Source of the DNA: Octopus bimaculoides | Taxonomy: Eukaryota | NCBI RefSeq assembly: GCF_001194135.2 | Contig: NC_068984.1 | Location: forward strand, 144,641,118-144,705,117 | Length of the DNA: 64,000 nt | Direction: 5' to 3' | Part shown: positions 60,908-64,000 of the stretch, in pieces | How the letters are laid out: every line of letters begins with the position of its first letter | How positions within the stretch are numbered: position 1 is the stretch's first letter | Translations under genes and position numbers: made by a program | The notes under the pieces: model-generated | What the model saw: the letters and a program-made list of their open reading frames with translations, nothing else | What the model was told of the DNA's origin: nothing | Databases searched by the model: none

Positions 60908-62399
60908 TGGTAGATTAGTTCTGTATCAGTCAGTGGAACAGATAATTCCACGTTAGTCACTGAAAGTGAGACAAGAAGCTCCAAATAAGAGAGACAAAGG
61001 ACCTGTTCACTTTTCAGTCATTTTGTCTTTTATTGTTCTCCTGTGCACATACTTTTGGCTTCCAATGCTGTCTTTCTTTGATTTATTGCTGCTTCCTGAC
61101 CCCCCCCCCCCNNNNNNNNNNNNNNNNNNNNNNNNNNNNNNNNNNNNNNNCACCTCTTTTACCTTTTTCCAATGAATTGTTCTGCACCTGAGCACTGTAT
61201 ACAATAAGCTCAGGGTTATGCAAGAAGATGCAGGGAAGAATATGTTGGAATTAAAATGGTAAATAGTAGACAGAAAGGAAGAATAAATACATAAGAGTGA
61301 GTCAGGAGTTGTAGAAACACCAAGTTGATTTATGGGTGGAAGTAAACTGAGGAAAAACATAGATAAAAACAAGATAAAAATATTATATATATATATATAT
61401 ATATAGATATGCAGGGCAGGGAATCATCAATTAGTAATAAAATTAATAATTAACAATTTCTGCCGGGTAGCTCAGTATGAAAAAACCTTTTTCGGTAAAT
61501 AATTTATAATCATAAATATATAGGGATTGACAGTAACCTGCTTCTCCAACATACTGAGAATTCAGAAATAGCAGTCAAAGAACTACTGATTTCAAAACTA
61601 CAAATTATTACTCCAGATTGATAGCGATATTTTTGATACACACAGAACAAAAAACAATAGAGAAGAGCAAAAAACACTTGCCTTTTAGTTAATTTAGTAC
61701 AATTGTTTCACAGTTAAGAGTACATAATACTCTATTCTGATCTTCAGCTAAATATTCTAATAAATTTCTAATAAAATAANNNNNNNNNNNNNNNNNNNNN
61801 NNNNNNNNNNNNNNNNNNNNNNNNNNNNNNNNNNNNNNNNNNNNNNNNNNNNNNNNNNNNNNNNNNNNNNNNNNNNNNNNNNNNNNNNNNNNNNNNNNNN
61901 NNNNNNNNNNNNNNNNNNNNNNNNNNNNNNNNNNNNNNNNNNNNNNNNNNNNNNNNNNNNNNNNNNNNNNNNNNNNNNNNNNNNNNNNNNNNNNNNNNNN
62001 NNNNNNNNNNNNNNNNNNNNNNNNNNNNNNNNNNNNNNNNNNNNNNNNNNNNNNNNNNNNNNNNNNNNNNNNNNNNNNNNNNNNNNNNNNNNNNNNNNNN
62101 NNNNNNNNNNNNNNNNNNNNNNNNNNNNNNNNNNNNNNNNNNNNNNNNNNNNNNNNNNNNNNNNNNNNNNNNNNNNNNNNNNNNNNNNNNNNNNNNNNNN
62201 NNNNNNNNNNNNNNNNNNNNNNNNNNNNNNNNNNNNNNNNNNNNNNNNNNNNNNNNNNNNNNNNNNNNNNNNNNNNNNNNNNNNNNNNNNNNNNNNNNNN
62301 NNNNNNNNNNNNNNNNNNNNNNNNNNNNNNNNNNNNNNNNNNNNNNNNNNNNNNNNNNNNNNNNNNNNNNNNNNNNNNNNNNNNNNNNNNNNNNNNNNN

Positions 62400-62600
62400 A
62401 CTACACAGAGGATTCCAAGGTGGCAAACACAAACCAAGACAGGAAGAAATGGACAGTGAAAACAACATTCAAAAGCCGTACGGCCAAACGCAAATCTGAG
62501 GTAGAACGCTAGTAGTTCGTCTTGCCTTCACAGCGGCTGGAGTGAAAAGAAAGTTGACCACAGGTCACACGAGAGCAGAGAGGATGGTGGAGGGAGGAAG
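62400..62600 (-). promoter_or_regulatory. Locally CpG-containing unique segment, possible CREBL2 promoter or first exon
   Basis: Several CpGs in non-repetitive sequence upstream of the bZIP exon, next to an N-gap; no donor site is visible. Confidence 0.15.
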
Positions 62601-63444
62601 TGGAACAAGGAGGAAGGGACAGAAGGGTATAGCAGTGAAGTAGAGGCCAGGACAGAGGTATAGATAGAAAGATGGAGGAAGACAGATAAATAGATAGAAA
62701 GATAGATAGATTATATATATATATATTTCTATGTGTGTGTGTGTGTATAAAGAAATCTTAAGCAGTTGGTCACACAAACCGAATTTTGTATACAAGATAA
62801 GGTGAAACAGTTGTTTATGTCACTTCCTGACAGTGAGCCAGGTAAGGTTTCAATAGCTGACAGATTAATTACAGGTGAGAATGGCAGAACAGTCACAAGA
62901 CAGGAAGGAATATCACGTGAACAGATGCGTAGAACACTTTACAGCAGGAATATAGACCATTCCACCAATAAGAGACAAAATAGTTGTGTGTAAATATCTG
63001 GCAATTGGCCAGGAAATATTTACTACCTGGTTGAGTAATCTGTCATCAGGTTTAATGCTCGCACCTAGTCTCAGGTATTTGAAACAGAGTTGGGCGTCAA
63101 GCAATTGGATCAGGTCCTTACTATGAGATTAAGGTCTTCTCTGATATCTCCTTTCAATCTCACAAGCCTTACAAAAAGTCATGGGTATTGCCTTTTTCCA
63201 TTTTGATTAACCCAGAAGTACTCGGTCATTTTCATACCATTTGAGGGGACACTGCAGACCAAATCTCTGTTGCATTGTTAATAGGAAAAAAAAAAAAAAT
63301 ACTGTGTGGTAGGAAACTTTTTTCCCAACCACATGGTTCCGAGTTCAGTCCCACTGTGTGGAACCTAGGGCAAGTGTCTTCTACTATAGCCTTGGACCGA
63401 CCAAATCCTTGTGAGTGGATTTGGTAGATGGAAACTGTCCCCAA

Positions 63445-63557
63445 GACACCTAATGAAGGCTGGAGGGTATAATCAGCCGAAACGTGTTAACAGCAAACAA
63501 GATGAGGACAAATATCCGTCAAATGTAAATAATTCCTCATCTCTTAAATACAGAACT
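63445..63557 (+). mobile_element. Truncated copy of the hammerhead-bearing element family seen at 2418-2812
   Basis: gacac-CTAATGA-A-GGCTG...CAGCC-GAAAC-gtgtt; its tail (caagatg...cctcatc...aaatacagaa) is shared with 2820-2885. Confidence 0.65.
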
Positions 63558-63749
63558 ATATAGTGTTGGTTTGTTTATGTCCCAGTAATTTCTTACTACA
63601 CAACCATGCCTGTACTTCCATATCTTTTATATTCTTTTTTTTTAGTCATTAACTCCGGCTCCCTCTTCTTCTGTCCAAGTTGTAAGGCTTTTTACATGTC
63701 GTCTTTGTCCTGTTTGAATTAAAAGACCATTCATATTTCTTGTGAAGCT

Positions 63750-63910
63750 ACATACAAGCATCTGTAAAATGGTTGGCATCAGGAAGTTTCTAGCTGTACA
63801 AACCATTCCAAAACCGACAATGGAACCTGGTGCGGCTCCTGGCCTTGCCAGCTCCTGTCAAGCTGTCCAACCCATGCCAGCACGGAAAAACAGACATTAG
63901 ATTATGATGA
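63750..63910 (+). mobile_element. RTE 3'UTR-derived repeat
   Basis: Core plus short GAT tail. Confidence 0.75.
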
Positions 63911-64000
63911 GAAGTAGCTTTCCAACTTAGCCAAGTGTTTTGTGGTCACATCAGAAAGTCTATAGAACCACTTAGAATATTTCGCTGACATTTGATGAAA

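Noticed and set aside
62913-63250. Possible protein-coding exon upstream of CREBL2
   Set aside because: Multiple stops are present; weak GL..PLKWYE similarity suggests a decayed non-LTR element, too uncertain to annotate.

Overview
AT-rich, repeat-dense animal genomic DNA with scaffold N-gaps. The SINE/RTE repeat complement and microsatellites suggest a cephalopod (octopus-like) genome; this is an inference. Two spliced genes lie tail to tail. (1) On +, six exons of a very-long-chain 3-hydroxyacyl-CoA dehydratase (HACD1/2, PTPLA family) at 666-12385; its first exon lies upstream of the window. (2) On -, a CREBL2/REPTOR-BP-like bZIP gene with its bZIP exon at 56865-56662. That exon can splice in phase 0 to either of two homologous terminal exons: 44454-43984 (long Pro/Ser-rich tail) or 21602-21471 (short tail). 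The rest is introns and intergenic DNA filled with tRNA-derived SINEs, RTE and R4/Dong-like LINE fragments, a Penelope-like GIY-YIG fragment, mariner/hAT/piggyBac-derived MITEs, long foldback inverted repeats and microsatellites. The most notable observations are the duplicated alternative last exons of CREBL2; five to six hammerhead-ribozyme-like motifs, including a head-to-head pair of tRNA-promoter-plus-hammerhead units and a sense-oriented one just upstream of the distal CREBL2 exon; a coding-like 27-bp palindromic repeat behind an in-frame TGA; and a TGACC-N3-GGTCA array filling the putative distal 3'UTR. Coordinates of repeats are approximate. Exon coordinates were counted from splice sites by hand.
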